From a virus, in IMG/VR virus record IMGVR_UViG_3300023235_000012, positions 64,001 through 128,000 of that record: 64,000 nucleotides of DNA. One strand, written 5' to 3'. How positions within the stretch are numbered: position 1 is the stretch's first letter; each line of letters starts with the position of its first letter. Below are positions 18,596 to 28,589 of this stretch, one piece after another. Position numbers and translations under genes: made by a program. The notes under the pieces were generated by a model. The model saw nothing but the letters and a program-made list of their open reading frames with translations. It was not told the origin of the DNA and ran no database searches.

Positions 18596-19717
18596 TTATT
18601 TAGATGATTGACGAGCCTTTAATTTCGCGATAAGATCTGCAGTGCTTGCCGATTGTTTTTCGGTCTTCACTTCTTCCTTTACCTCTTCCTTTACCTCTTC
18701 TTTAGGCTCTTCTTTAGGCTTTTCATCGACGTCGAATGGTGGTTCATCGTCGTCAGCTGCCTTTTCTTTTTTGAGCTTGCTTAGCAGATCCTTAGTCTTA
18801 GAATTTTCTGCTTCGGCCTCTGATTCCTGTTCCTTATCAGCGGATTTGTCGGCGCCGTTCGGCTGACTCGATTCGCTGAGATTAACACCAGTTGGCTTAA
18901 AATATTCACCCCAACGATCAGGATCATAAGGTAGGCCAGCAACTGATGCCTGAAACAATTCAATCATTGCTTCAACATGTGCATCATCTGGACGATTCGG
19001 AATAAAATCACTAAGATTAGACAAACCAAATTTCTCAATAGCTTCGAGCTCTTCGACTGTTAGAGCATCTTCTTCGAACGACCACTGACTAGCATCGTAA
19101 TTGTTATGCTCGCCTTTCTTACGCATATGGATTTCAAAGTCTCTACCATGCTCATAATCCGTAGGAGAGTATCTCATCTTTGGATTCATGATGATTGCTC
19201 TGATAGTTTCGTAAATACCAGGACTCATAATAAACCGACGAATTGGATTTTCTGGTGAAGTGGACTCTGCAATATTTCCTTTCTTATCAAGAAAACCTGG
19301 ATGCTTTCTAACTAATCCTTGATAAATATAAGAAATTCTTTTCTTGTAAGTTCGGTATTCTTCGAATCGGTTTTCTTCCCACCAAGGACCAATCTCTTTC
19401 TGGATCGGATCGATATTCTTATCAAAAACGTTCAAGTCAGGGACTACAACTTCAACTGTTGATCGATTACCAATATCAAATCCTTTCACTGCCGTGAATG
19501 GAAGTTTACGAATTGATCGTTCTTGCCAAAAGAATGGGTTTGATTCGTTACCATCTGGTAAAAACCTTAGGATAGCTTTGGAATCAATTGGGATCGCCCA
19601 ATGCGGATAAACTGGTCCATCACCCGGTAATTGGTTGTTAGAATTATTTCCACGATTTTGATTTTTTTCCTCTTCTTGAGCGAGAAGAGCGCGCATTTTT
19701 TCCATGTTTAGTGCCAT
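18596..19717 (-). CDS. Single-stranded DNA-binding protein (gp32-like)
   Basis: LRFLPD, PTDYEHGRDF, NYDASQW, acidic tail; next to uvsX. Confidence 0.82.
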   Translation of the reverse strand: MALNMEKMRALLAQEEEKNQNRGNNSNNQLPGDGPVYPHWAIPIDSKAILRFLPDGNESNPFFWQERSIRKLPFTAVKGFDIGNRSTVEVVVPDLNVFDKNIDPIQKEIGPWWEENRFEEYRTYKKRISYIYQGLVRKHPGFLDKKGNIAESTSPENPIRRFIMSPGIYETIRAIIMNPKMRYSPTDYEHGRDFEIHMRKKGEHNNYDASQWSFEEDALTVEELEAIEKFGLSNLSDFIPNRPDDAHVEAMIELFQASVAGLPYDPDRWGEYFKPTGVNLSESSQPNGADKSADKEQESEAEAENSKTKDLLSKLKKEKAADDDEPPFDVDEKPKEEPKEEVKEEVKEEVKTEKQSASTADLIAKLKARQSSK

Positions 19718-19773
19718 AGTTACTCCTTTGTGCCTATAATTGCCTATAATTGCCTAATGTGCCTAAATGCCAT
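19712..19773 (-). promoter_or_regulatory. (T/A)(A/T)GGCA repeat array in SSB leader
   Basis: TGCCTA at 19731, 19741, 19751, 19760; TGCCAT at 19768 and 19712 (over the start codon). Confidence 0.6.
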
Positions 19774-19852
19774 TGTGAAATTTAACTTCCACAATATTAT
19801 TTAGTCTTTATTCTCATTAGTCTATTCATATTACAATAAAGAGGAGATTTTT

Positions 19853-20134
19853 TCAAATATATTTTACTATATCTACCGAAATAAATTTAGTCTTTTGAAG
19901 GGGATCTGCATGTGCTATTTTGATTTCACTAATAGTCGCTTCGATGTTTTCTTTCCAAAAATCTAAGAATCTATATACTCTAGGAAAAGATGGAACATCA
20001 TCCATTGTCTGCCATATAAATTCTTGTAAAACGCTTGAATGATCTGGCAGCCAATAAAGGATGTCCAATAGGACTAAACGATGATTCGAACGTATCATCC
20101 GTTCAAAATCACTTTGCATTGCATTCATTATCAT
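19853..20134 (-). CDS. usg: Usg-like family protein
   Basis: ILYWLPDH..VLQEFIWQ..D..P.FPR...FLDFW...IE pattern. Confidence 0.8.
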   Translation of the reverse strand: MIMNAMQSDFERMIRSNHRLVLLDILYWLPDHSSVLQEFIWQTMDDVPSFPRVYRFLDFWKENIEATISEIKIAHADPLQKTKFISVDIVKYI

Positions 20135-20148
20135 ACCCGGCCTCGCAT

Positions 20149-22194
20149 TTACCCTTCTGAGATGAAAGGCTTCATTGCTGTTTCAGTAATGTAAGTTTCT
20201 AATTCCAACAAAGAATCCTGTTCCATCGTCGTCTGTTCTTTGATGTTACCCAACACGCCATCTTTAATCATATTAGCAATAGCTAATTCATGCTTTGCTA
20301 CCTTATCATCGTGGACCAACTTATCGACGATTCTATTGAACAGTGTACTTAAGAAATCATCATTAATTGACATTGCGATCCTATCGATCTGATCTGAGAT
20401 CTTCCCTTGATGCTCTTTCCAAAGCTTACGAACACCGATACCGACCATATAAGCCATTTGTTTTTTATCTTCATTGCTCAAACTATTAGCTACTTTTTTA
20501 AGGACCAAAGCTTTAGCAAGGTCTTCGATTCCGGTTTCCTTTCTTCCAGATTCTCTGTCACCCTTAAGATGCGAAAGCACGTGAGCCACGTTCTTGATCA
20601 TAATAGCATTTTCTTGAACCATCATCTTTGCAAGATATTGAATTCCTTCATGCAAATCAGCGTCTTCATTTAGTCCGAGATCAGCGGCGATGTAAAGTGA
20701 CATTTCGTTGATTCTTTCTTTTCCTATTCTTTTCTGCTTGGTGAATGATTCTTTGAACGCATGATATCCTTTAGGACCAGTCATCTTACCACATTCTTCT
20801 CGCAAAGAACGGACTCGACTTTTTGCCATTTCCAGAAGATTAGCGGGACCATTTGATCGATATTCTTTAATGAAAGAACGGAGAGAACCCGCTTCTCTGC
20901 ATCTTTCCATAATTCTTTTTCCGGTTTTGTCCATAGCAGAGCCGCCTTCGTTGAGATGCCTACACATCGCTTTACCGCCCATCAAATAATTTTCTGGGAT
21001 ACGGAACCTCTCTCCCCTAGCTTCAACGTACATTTCTTTGATATTGCGAGAACGAGCTCCTCGTTTTTCTTCGTCGATCATCTTCTCGTGGACAACCACC
21101 AGACGAGCTTCTTCCAAGCTGTAATACGATCTCTTAGAATTTCCCGACATCGATTCCATTATTCCATCTTCCTCTTCGAAAAATTCAGGACCCCAAGCAT
21201 GTGATCCGATGTCGTTCTCTTCAATATCATCAGTCAATAAACCCATTGAATCGAGTCGATGGAAGATCCATTCTGCTGGGTCACCATCATCACCATTTGC
21301 GATACCATAAGGCATATCACCGCCGTGTACAAAATAAGCGTAGAGGTCTTGAAATACTTCAGTATCACTTTCAAGGTCTTGATCGTGTATCGTCTGCATT
21401 TGATGCTTATCAAGAATAGCTTTCACTTGGTCGTCTTGAAACATTGAATCAGTGCTGTCTTCATGGACATAATCTTCTCGACCGTATTCTTCATTATCGC
21501 TATTTTCTAACTCTTCATAATATTCTTTATCTGCCATACCATCCTCATCGACTTCAATATCACTGGCATGAAAATTACCAGTTTGACCATTTGCGAAACG
21601 AACAAATACCTGTTCAACTTCTCCTTGTCTATTTTTATGGAACCCAGTTACTTCAGCTGGTCTTCCACCATGAATCATTGCTTGAGAAATCCGAACAATT
21701 TCTCCTTCTTCTGGAACATAGTCTTCAGATTTTTCATCGTCCCAATTCTGGAAACCTTCTTCGTTATTTTCTTCTATTCCAGAAAGTTTTGCTAATCTTT
21801 CAATTGATTCATCCATTTGATCTTCCTCTATTTCTCTGGCAGTCATATCACTAAATTTTTTTTGCATTTCTGAACGAGCGAAATCCTTTACTGTAAGACC
21901 TACACCGAAAAGGTTGCAGACCTTTCTGATTCGTCCGATGATCTTAATCATCTTATCTTTATCGAGATCTTGATTTTTCCAGAAGAAAATTTCTTCATTC
22001 CGTACGCCATTCTTTGCTTCGCCCCGAACCGACAATCGAATGATGATATCATCTGGTTCAACGTAAATCCATTTGGCCCTTGTTGGAGTAGCTGTTGAAT
22101 TTCCTTCTTGGTCATATATCTTCAAGGTATAATCGTAAGATGGGGCCGCCAATATTTCGTAAATTTCAGAAGCTAGGCGGTTATATGAAATCAT
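20149..22194 (-). CDS. Large acidic protein, probable virion head/core protein
   Basis: Divergent from terminase; many L/I-x-E sites; GARSRNI motif; probable start MISYN. Confidence 0.55.
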   Translation of the reverse strand: MISYNRLASEIYEILAAPSYDYTLKIYDQEGNSTATPTRAKWIYVEPDDIIIRLSVRGEAKNGVRNEEIFFWKNQDLDKDKMIKIIGRIRKVCNLFGVGLTVKDFARSEMQKKFSDMTAREIEEDQMDESIERLAKLSGIEENNEEGFQNWDDEKSEDYVPEEGEIVRISQAMIHGGRPAEVTGFHKNRQGEVEQVFVRFANGQTGNFHASDIEVDEDGMADKEYYEELENSDNEEYGREDYVHEDSTDSMFQDDQVKAILDKHQMQTIHDQDLESDTEVFQDLYAYFVHGGDMPYGIANGDDGDPAEWIFHRLDSMGLLTDDIEENDIGSHAWGPEFFEEEDGIMESMSGNSKRSYYSLEEARLVVVHEKMIDEEKRGARSRNIKEMYVEARGERFRIPENYLMGGKAMCRHLNEGGSAMDKTGKRIMERCREAGSLRSFIKEYRSNGPANLLEMAKSRVRSLREECGKMTGPKGYHAFKESFTKQKRIGKERINEMSLYIAADLGLNEDADLHEGIQYLAKMMVQENAIMIKNVAHVLSHLKGDRESGRKETGIEDLAKALVLKKVANSLSNEDKKQMAYMVGIGVRKLWKEHQGKISDQIDRIAMSINDDFLSTLFNRIVDKLVHDDKVAKHELAIANMIKDGVLGNIKEQTTMEQDSLLELETYITETAMKPFISEG

Positions 22195-22244
22195 TTTTGA
22201 GCTCCAAGCATTGTTCTTTGTTTTATTTATTGATAAATAAGAGT

Positions 22245-23882
22245 ATGACAATTAAGAAACCGGGAATTCACTCAAAATATCTGAAGATACCTAATGGAGC
22301 GTATAAAAAATCGTCAATTAGGATTACATATAATGATGCGATGAAAATAGAACTCAAGAAATGCAAAAGCGATCCTGAGTATTTCCTTCGGAACTATTAT
22401 TACATTCAGACCATGGTTGGAAAGCAAGGCAAATCTTCCCGTGAACTTTTCCAACCATTTTCATATCAGATTGAGATGATTGCGAATTTTCTCAATTTCA
22501 ACGATAATATCGCCATGCTTGCTAGACAGATGGGAAAAACAACTGTTGTAGGTGGATTGATCCTCTGGTTTACTATGTTCCACAAAGATGAAACCGTCTT
22601 GATTTGTGCTAATAATCAATTGCAGGCTCTTGAAATTATGGAAAGAATTCAGTTTGGATATGAAAATTGCCCGGACTTTATTCGAGCCGCCGTTAGAACC
22701 GACGGATATGCTAAAGGTCATGTCCTCTTTACTAATGGATCACGGGTTGTTTCTCGTGCAACCGGACCTCATTCTGGTCGTGGTTTGTCTATTTCTCTTC
22801 TTTACGTTGATGAGTTCGCAGCCATCCACCCAAATATGCAAGCCGATTTCTGGGCGGCGATTTCACAGACATTGGCAACAGGTGGTCGATCGTTTATAAC
22901 TTCGACACCGTACACAGAATATGATACTTTCGCTAGTCTTTGGCGGGGATCTACACGATATACTGACGAGGACGGAAAACCGTTGGATCCAAAGGGACCT
23001 GGCTACAACGAATTCAAATCGATTAAGGCGACCTGGAAAGCTCATCCATTTAGAGATAAAGAATGGGAACGTCGACAACGTGCTAAAATGAATGATGACC
23101 AGAAATTCGAACGAGAGCAGCTATGTGAATTCGTTGGATATTCTGAAACCTTGATTGACGGGATGATCCTGAAAACGATCATGGAAGAGGTTGATCAGGT
23201 TCGTCCTCTTGAAGCTATGGGCGAGGTCACTTGGTGGAAGAAACCCAAAGGAGGAAATACTTACATTATTGGATATGATCCTTCTCTCGGGACTGGTGGT
23301 GATTTCGCCGCCATTCAGATTTTTGAGCTTCCCGGTATGGAACAAGTAGCTGAATGGCAGTCCAGAATTTTGGGGATTCCTGACCAGGTGCGCGTCATGA
23401 GACAGATCCTAACGATCATTGATCAAGAAATGAGAAAAGACGGTGACACTAATCCTGAGATTTATTGGTCTGTAGAGAACAATACGATAGGCGAAGCTGC
23501 GTTGGTAATCATCGACGAAATCGGAGAGGATAATTTTGACGGTTCTTTTTTGACTGAACCAAGAAAGACAAGAGGCAAGCGGATCCGGAAAGGTTTCAAC
23601 ACGACAAATAGAACAAAAGTCGGTGCTTGTTCTCGATTGAAGACGCTCTTAGAGAAAAGAGCAATGAAAATCAATTCAAAGGAATTAGCTCGTCAATTCA
23701 ACTTCTTTGTTGCCGCAGGAACAGGATTCAAAGCTAAGCTTGGAGAACATGATGATTTGGTTATGGCAGTGATTCTGATAATTCGGATGCTTGATCAAGT
23801 CATGTGGTATGATGAATCGAAAAGTAGTGACTTACGGGAAGTTGCAGAAGAACAAAATATTCCACCGATGGGGATTTTCTAA
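22245..23882 (+). CDS. terL: Terminase large subunit (gp17-like)
   Basis: ARQMGKTT, LYVDEFA, ITSTP, GYDPSLG.GGD, VENN, HDDLVMA; TAAATA just upstream of ATG 22245. Confidence 0.95.
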   Translation: MTIKKPGIHSKYLKIPNGAYKKSSIRITYNDAMKIELKKCKSDPEYFLRNYYYIQTMVGKQGKSSRELFQPFSYQIEMIANFLNFNDNIAMLARQMGKTTVVGGLILWFTMFHKDETVLICANNQLQALEIMERIQFGYENCPDFIRAAVRTDGYAKGHVLFTNGSRVVSRATGPHSGRGLSISLLYVDEFAAIHPNMQADFWAAISQTLATGGRSFITSTPYTEYDTFASLWRGSTRYTDEDGKPLDPKGPGYNEFKSIKATWKAHPFRDKEWERRQRAKMNDDQKFEREQLCEFVGYSETLIDGMILKTIMEEVDQVRPLEAMGEVTWWKKPKGGNTYIIGYDPSLGTGGDFAAIQIFELPGMEQVAEWQSRILGIPDQVRVMRQILTIIDQEMRKDGDTNPEIYWSVENNTIGEAALVIIDEIGEDNFDGSFLTEPRKTRGKRIRKGFNTTNRTKVGACSRLKTLLEKRAMKINSKELARQFNFFVAAGTGFKAKLGEHDDLVMAVILIIRMLDQVMWYDESKSSDLREVAEEQNIPPMGIF

Positions 23883-23887
23883 TCTAC

Positions 23888-24091
23888 TTAACTCTTCGTA
23901 AATGCTCCTCCATCTATTCGATTTGAAGGATCAACCTTTTCTACTTCGATAGTCTTTAGCACTATCAACTTGCTGATTTCAATTGCGATAGACGTTGCTT
24001 CTTCGGTCGTTAATCTAAATTCCTTTGATTTAGTACCACGAGCTCTCTGAACCCTACTAATAAAATTTTCTAGAGATGGATAGGAACTCAT
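23888..24091 (-). CDS. Hypothetical protein
   Basis: ORF ending IDGGAF. Confidence 0.6.
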   Translation of the reverse strand: MSSYPSLENFISRVQRARGTKSKEFRLTTEEATSIAIEISKLIVLKTIEVEKVDPSNRIDGGAFTKS

Positions 24092-24190
24092 GCTTTAGCT
24101 CTTTCAAACTCTTTAGTCAGAGTAGAAATTATTCTACCAAATTTCTCAAGTTCGTTTAAACAGTGGTCTAGATCAACAATTTTCTTTGTG

Positions 24191-24691
24191 TTAAATAGAT
24201 TCATCATCATCCCTAATTTGTTGGTTTTTGATTTTTACTGATGCCTCTGCTTCCATCTTAGTCTTAAAAGGACCGACAAAATCGTTCCCTTCTAATGAAC
24301 CCGGTTTGGGACAGAGGAAAGTAATAAATCCTCTAGTAAATCTGATTCCCCACCATCCTGCAATCCACCTAACTGATGAATTGGGACTAGCTTTGTAAGT
24401 GATCAACTCACCTTTTTCAATGTCAAATATTTCAACATGACGGCAAGGATACCCATTAATATCGATATCTGATTGACCTTTATTTTCTATGGGCTTAATA
24501 AAATGGATAGAACCGCCGAGAAGATCTTCCAGTGATTCTAAATTAGGAAATTCATTCTGTGTATCCGATGTGATTAATTCTACGCCTAGATCTTTCTTCA
24601 ATAACAACCCGAAACGATCTCCTGCATCGGTCATCAATATAAAAGAGGATTCAGTTAACGGTTTAGCTTGCATCAACACTCCTTTTCTCAT
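24191..24691 (-). CDS. Hypothetical protein
   Basis: AGWW, FLCPK, GPFKT motifs. Confidence 0.65.
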   Translation of the reverse strand: MRKGVLMQAKPLTESSFILMTDAGDRFGLLLKKDLGVELITSDTQNEFPNLESLEDLLGGSIHFIKPIENKGQSDIDINGYPCRHVEIFDIEKGELITYKASPNSSVRWIAGWWGIRFTRGFITFLCPKPGSLEGNDFVGPFKTKMEAEASVKIKNQQIRDDDESI

Positions 24692-24799
24692 TATTTACTC
24701 CATTAGAACTCTGATGTTTTATCTTCGACATTTTGGATTCTTGAAAATTAGAAAATAATTCAGTAATCGATTCTCAATAGTCTAATGAAGAACTAATGT

Positions 24800-25312
24800 T
24801 CATCTATGTAAAGTCAATAGAATATTGTAATGTTCCCATGCTGTCTGTAGGCTAGGATTATCTTCTCTAATCTTTTTCTCTTTTTCTCTTTTGTCTTCTT
24901 CTTCTTTCAAATGGTTATATTCTTCAATTTGATTTTTAACATTTTCATCGTTATTTACTATATGATTGATTAGATCGACACCTCTTTTACTAAGGATAAT
25001 AGCATATTCTTTTTGTTTTTTTATTTGTATTTCACATTCATCTTTGAATTCACTTTTTTTTCTGGTAGGTGTAAATATTGATTTCTGAAAATATTTTTCT
25101 CTGAAACCAATAAAAGAGAATTCAGCACAATCGAATCCCAATTCTTCTAATGGGCGTTGAATTGAAGTAAATCCATCTAAACAAACTCCTCGTCTTTTTT
25201 CAGCTAATCTAGTATTCACAAATGGCTCATCAATGTTTTTAATGTTGATCCATTCTTCTCTTTTATTAAGATATTCTTCGTAAGCTTGTTCTTTGCTATA
25301 AATTCCTAGCAT
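24800..25312 (-). CDS. Hypothetical protein with C-terminal NPSLQTAWEHY helix
   Basis: ORF. Confidence 0.6.
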   Translation of the reverse strand: MLGIYSKEQAYEEYLNKREEWINIKNIDEPFVNTRLAEKRRGVCLDGFTSIQRPLEELGFDCAEFSFIGFREKYFQKSIFTPTRKKSEFKDECEIQIKKQKEYAIILSKRGVDLINHIVNNDENVKNQIEEYNHLKEEEDKREKEKKIREDNPSLQTAWEHYNILLTLHR

Positions 25313-26327
25313 TCAGCATCTCCACAAAGTCATTTGGATTTTTTGTAATCTCAGCTAAATCATATTTTCCAGCAAAACGAAGGAAATGAAATCCAAGTTG
25401 CTTCACTGGTTCTTTCTCGTAATTCAATATATATTCATCAAATGCTTCCTTAACTTCGAAAGGCATTTTTTTAAGATCAATCAATGTCTCATTTGTCTCG
25501 AACAGATCACGGACGATGTGTTCTGTTCCGTTGTGATCTGTCCACCGCTGATTCATAAAATTGAACCACTCAAATCCTTGATCTTTCCTGTCTTCAAAAC
25601 ATTCGATAATTCCAGCTTTTTTAGATGAACCTTTCTGTCGTGTTCCGGGCTCACACGCCGTGAAAACATTATCGCCTTTGTCACCTCGAATGATCTTCGT
25701 GAATAAAGCATATTCGATCCAATCTGCGCGCTCTGGAAACGAATCGGTTTCTTTGATAATCTGCTTCCCTACTCTAACCTTTCCATCATTCTTCACGGAA
25801 AAATCCAAAGAACGGCCCTTATCATCAAAGACACCTGCTGGAGTGAAAGTCACATCACGAATTCCATTGTAGAGCGTGACCTTTTCATTTATTAGCTGAA
25901 CAAAATCACTGTCACTAGAACAGATGATATGATTGTCATCTGGATGTACTGCGATCCACCGAGCGATCATATCATCTGCTTCTGCTAATGAATGACGAAG
26001 AACAGTTACGTTTGTATGTTCTTCGAACATTTCTTTCATGTGAGTAAAGGCGCCGTACATTGCTTCCTGTTCTGCCTGTTCCTTCGGGTCCGTTATTTCT
26101 TCATGGACTCGATTGGCTTTGTACGCGGGATATACTTCTTTTCTCCACGAGTGGCCTTCTAAACACACGACGAGATGGCTAGCATTGAATTTTTTCCAAA
26201 CCTTGCGCAAACTCATCAAATTTATATGCAAGCACATTCCCGCTTTTTCTTCTGGGGTGTCGCCTCGAACGACATGTTTCGCCCGGAAATAAAGGTTTGC
26301 TAGATCTATTAAGATGAATGTTTTCAT
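25296..26327 (-). CDS. rnh: RNase H / 5'-3' exonuclease (T4 Rnh/FEN-like)
   Basis: LIDLAN, SWRK..YPAYKANR, EADD, SSDSDFVQL, RGDKGDNV. Confidence 0.9.
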   Translation of the reverse strand: MKTFILIDLANLYFRAKHVVRGDTPEEKAGMCLHINLMSLRKVWKKFNASHLVVCLEGHSWRKEVYPAYKANRVHEEITDPKEQAEQEAMYGAFTHMKEMFEEHTNVTVLRHSLAEADDMIARWIAVHPDDNHIICSSDSDFVQLINEKVTLYNGIRDVTFTPAGVFDDKGRSLDFSVKNDGKVRVGKQIIKETDSFPERADWIEYALFTKIIRGDKGDNVFTACEPGTRQKGSSKKAGIIECFEDRKDQGFEWFNFMNQRWTDHNGTEHIVRDLFETNETLIDLKKMPFEVKEAFDEYILNYEKEPVKQLGFHFLRFAGKYDLAEITKNPNDFVEMLNARNL

Positions 26328-26366
26328 ATTTTTATTATAATACTTTTTCTCAGAATTTCAAAAATA

Positions 26367-26855
26367 TTATTGAGGCGCAGAATACAATCCTTCAATATTG
26401 GGATCAGGAATTAACATTGCATTGGTGATATGAATCGCTTCATCCAGCGTCGGGACGATAAAGCCAACGGACTCACGCACCATTGCATGCCAGTGTGGAT
26501 TTCCTTCTTGCATGACTGCAACGCATGGAACGTTGAAAGCCTTTGCCCATGCTATCTCTATTACGGTTCCAATACTGACTGCACGTGCACCGGCGAAATT
26601 AGCGATCACCATATCGGCACGTCGACAATCATTAAAGTCCCTTGCGGTAATACCTTTCGCACAAGAAAGAGCAATATCTTCATAGGTGTCCTGAATATTT
26701 TCAACCTGGCTCAAATATGTTTTCCCACGTAGAGGACTCATTCCAGCGATGCTCGGATCCAATTTCTCTTTTGCATATTCTCTCCAATCAGTAGCTGTTC
26801 CATATGACAGTCCGGTAATTGGTCCTGCTAAATACGCGATATATCGATAACTCAT
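26367..26855 (-). CDS. Nucleoside 2-deoxyribosyltransferase-like / nucleotide N-hydrolase
   Basis: YLAGPI, RD..D...AD, SIGTVIEIAWA. Confidence 0.8.
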   Translation of the reverse strand: MSYRYIAYLAGPITGLSYGTATDWREYAKEKLDPSIAGMSPLRGKTYLSQVENIQDTYEDIALSCAKGITARDFNDCRRADMVIANFAGARAVSIGTVIEIAWAKAFNVPCVAVMQEGNPHWHAMVRESVGFIVPTLDEAIHITNAMLIPDPNIEGLYSAPQ

Positions 26856-26870
26856 CTCTTCTCCTTATTT

Positions 26871-27116
26871 TCAATCAATCTCTTCATAATTTTTTAATGT
26901 GGCGTTAGTTAGATCCGGGTTTCGGAGGATAAAGACTACTTCTTTATCCTCATCATCCCACGCTATTCCTATAATTGGCTCATGGTAACGGTATTCGAAT
27001 GGCCCATCTTCTAATTCTCCAGTTCCATCATCCAAGAAACATAGCATGGTTTGAAGCTGTACATCGTAATCATCAGGTACATCAGTGAGTCTTTCTTTTA
27101 GAGATTTGACGTTCAT
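26871..27116 (-). CDS. Hypothetical protein
   Basis: ORF coupled to deaminase. Confidence 0.6.
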   Translation of the reverse strand: MNVKSLKERLTDVPDDYDVQLQTMLCFLDDGTGELEDGPFEYRYHEPIIGIAWDDEDKEVVFILRNPDLTNATLKNYEEID

Positions 27117-27700
27117 AGATTGAATTCCTTACCTCTAAAAAATCCGATAGGTTTCCAAAGATCACCACTCCACCAACGCAGAATCGAAAGCCTTTGATCT
27201 GGAAAAGGAACCGTTGTACCAGACTTTCCTTTCAATGATCTCGCGTAAGGCGTTTTGAATAAATTTAAAGCCGCTGCATGACTGCTATCCCATTCTCCAC
27301 CAGTTATTCCTGACGCTTCATCGAATGCTGCTTGCCCTTCTTTGTGAACGATGACCTCAGTAATCCCCGTCTGTACAATAGCTCTAGCACCGTCTGAACA
27401 GGGTAGAAAATTAACATAAAGTCTACACCCATCCAACCCTCCTTCGTTTTTGGCGGCGGCGAAGATTGCATTCCGTTCAGAGTGTTCCATATAGAAATAT
27501 TTTTCTGGTCTAGTCTTTGGTATTTCTTCAATCTCCATACCTCGGATTGGACTATTATATCCTGAACTTACGATCGTGTTATCTGGTCTCACAATAATAG
27601 AGCCGGCATGAGTCGATTCATCTTTGCTTCGACTTGCGGCCAGATAAGCCATTGTCATAAAATATCTCGTCCAGTCGGGACGTTTTTCATCATTTACCAT
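27113..27700 (-). CDS. dCMP deaminase-like protein (PCxxC altered to PCSDG)
   Basis: WTRYFM..A, RSKD, SGYN, HSERNAI, PCSDGARAI. Confidence 0.85.
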   Translation of the reverse strand: MVNDEKRPDWTRYFMTMAYLAASRSKDESTHAGSIIVRPDNTIVSSGYNSPIRGMEIEEIPKTRPEKYFYMEHSERNAIFAAAKNEGGLDGCRLYVNFLPCSDGARAIVQTGITEVIVHKEGQAAFDEASGITGGEWDSSHAAALNLFKTPYARSLKGKSGTTVPFPDQRLSILRWWSGDLWKPIGFFRGKEFNL

Positions 27701-27969
27701 GTGATCTCCTTTTTTTGATTACTTGCTACTGGTGGTTTTGGTCGGCTGATTAACAAATCCCAATCACTTCCTAGTCTTCGATATAGCATCCGATATTGAC
27801 CATTGCTTGCTGGCTCTTTTCGATACTCTAATCGTGAGAAACTTCTACTAAAATTAATTAGCTCATCTGATAACCAAGGTGCAGATGCATGTATTGTTTC
27901 AAGCGGTTTGGAAAAAATGAAGAACCCTTCTTTCTATTCTGTTCTTCTTCTATAATCAATGATTGTCAT
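27694..27969 (-). pseudogene. Hypothetical gene interrupted by in-frame TAG
   Basis: 92-codon frame overlapping both neighbours; TAG at 27934-27936. Confidence 0.55.
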
Positions 27970-28199
27970 CGGGCTTCCTCTATTTCAATTTCTAATGTAC
28001 CGAGTCCATTGACATACGGATCAGATGTAGCTTTGAATTCATATTTTCCCTTATAACGGACAGGAGTGACTCGTCCATCAAAAAGTCTGAATGTATCTTC
28101 CTTCTTAAGATCTCTGAAATGGATTTCCTTCCATTTTCCGTCAACGCAAATTTCTGTCTTTCTATCTTTAATCGATTTAGTCATTCTCAACCTTTTCAA
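27966..28199 (-). CDS. Hypothetical protein
   Basis: ORF. Confidence 0.55.
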   Translation of the reverse strand: MKRLRMTKSIKDRKTEICVDGKWKEIHFRDLKKEDTFRLFDGRVTPVRYKGKYEFKATSDPYVNGLGTLEIEIEEAR

Positions 28200-28456
28200 T
28201 ACTAAGTACGGTATGATTCCTATCCAGTGCTACACTAGACATCGCACATGGAGTATTTCTATTGGTAACATACGTGATAATACAAAGCTGCTCTCTGCCA
28301 GTATATTGGCCGACAGTCTGATCAAACTCTTGTAGCAAAAGATGATCACCTGCTTTGTAATCACGCTCGTTCATATTTCAAAAGTCATGCTTTTTTTCTG
28401 TCATCCAGAACAGCTTGAAAAAGATACGGCCATGATTTTACTTTATGAATTGTCAT
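28177..28456 (-). pseudogene. DUF3850/ASCH-domain gene with frameshift and nonsense codon
   Basis: MTIHKVKSWPYLFQAV..., extra A in an A7 run, then TGA before NMNERDYKAGDHLLLQEFD...YTGR. Confidence 0.7.
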
Positions 28457-28589
28457 TTGTTGGGTCCCTTTAAGGTTTAAATTCTTCAACTGATCCATTA
28501 CGGACAAATCTATTTCCATCTATACTGCCTCTTCGCTATAATCTAAAATATATCACCACATGATTCACGTGCAGAACATTCTATCTTCT

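Noticed and set aside
22095-22251. Overlap between terminase and the divergent gene
   Set aside because: Artefact of longest-ORF starts; likely starts are 22245 and 22194.
14603-27936. TAG stop-codon reassignment suggested by in-frame TAGs
   Set aside because: DNA polymerase, RNase H and queC end normally at TAG, long genes lack internal TAGs, and TAA/TGA lesions also occur.
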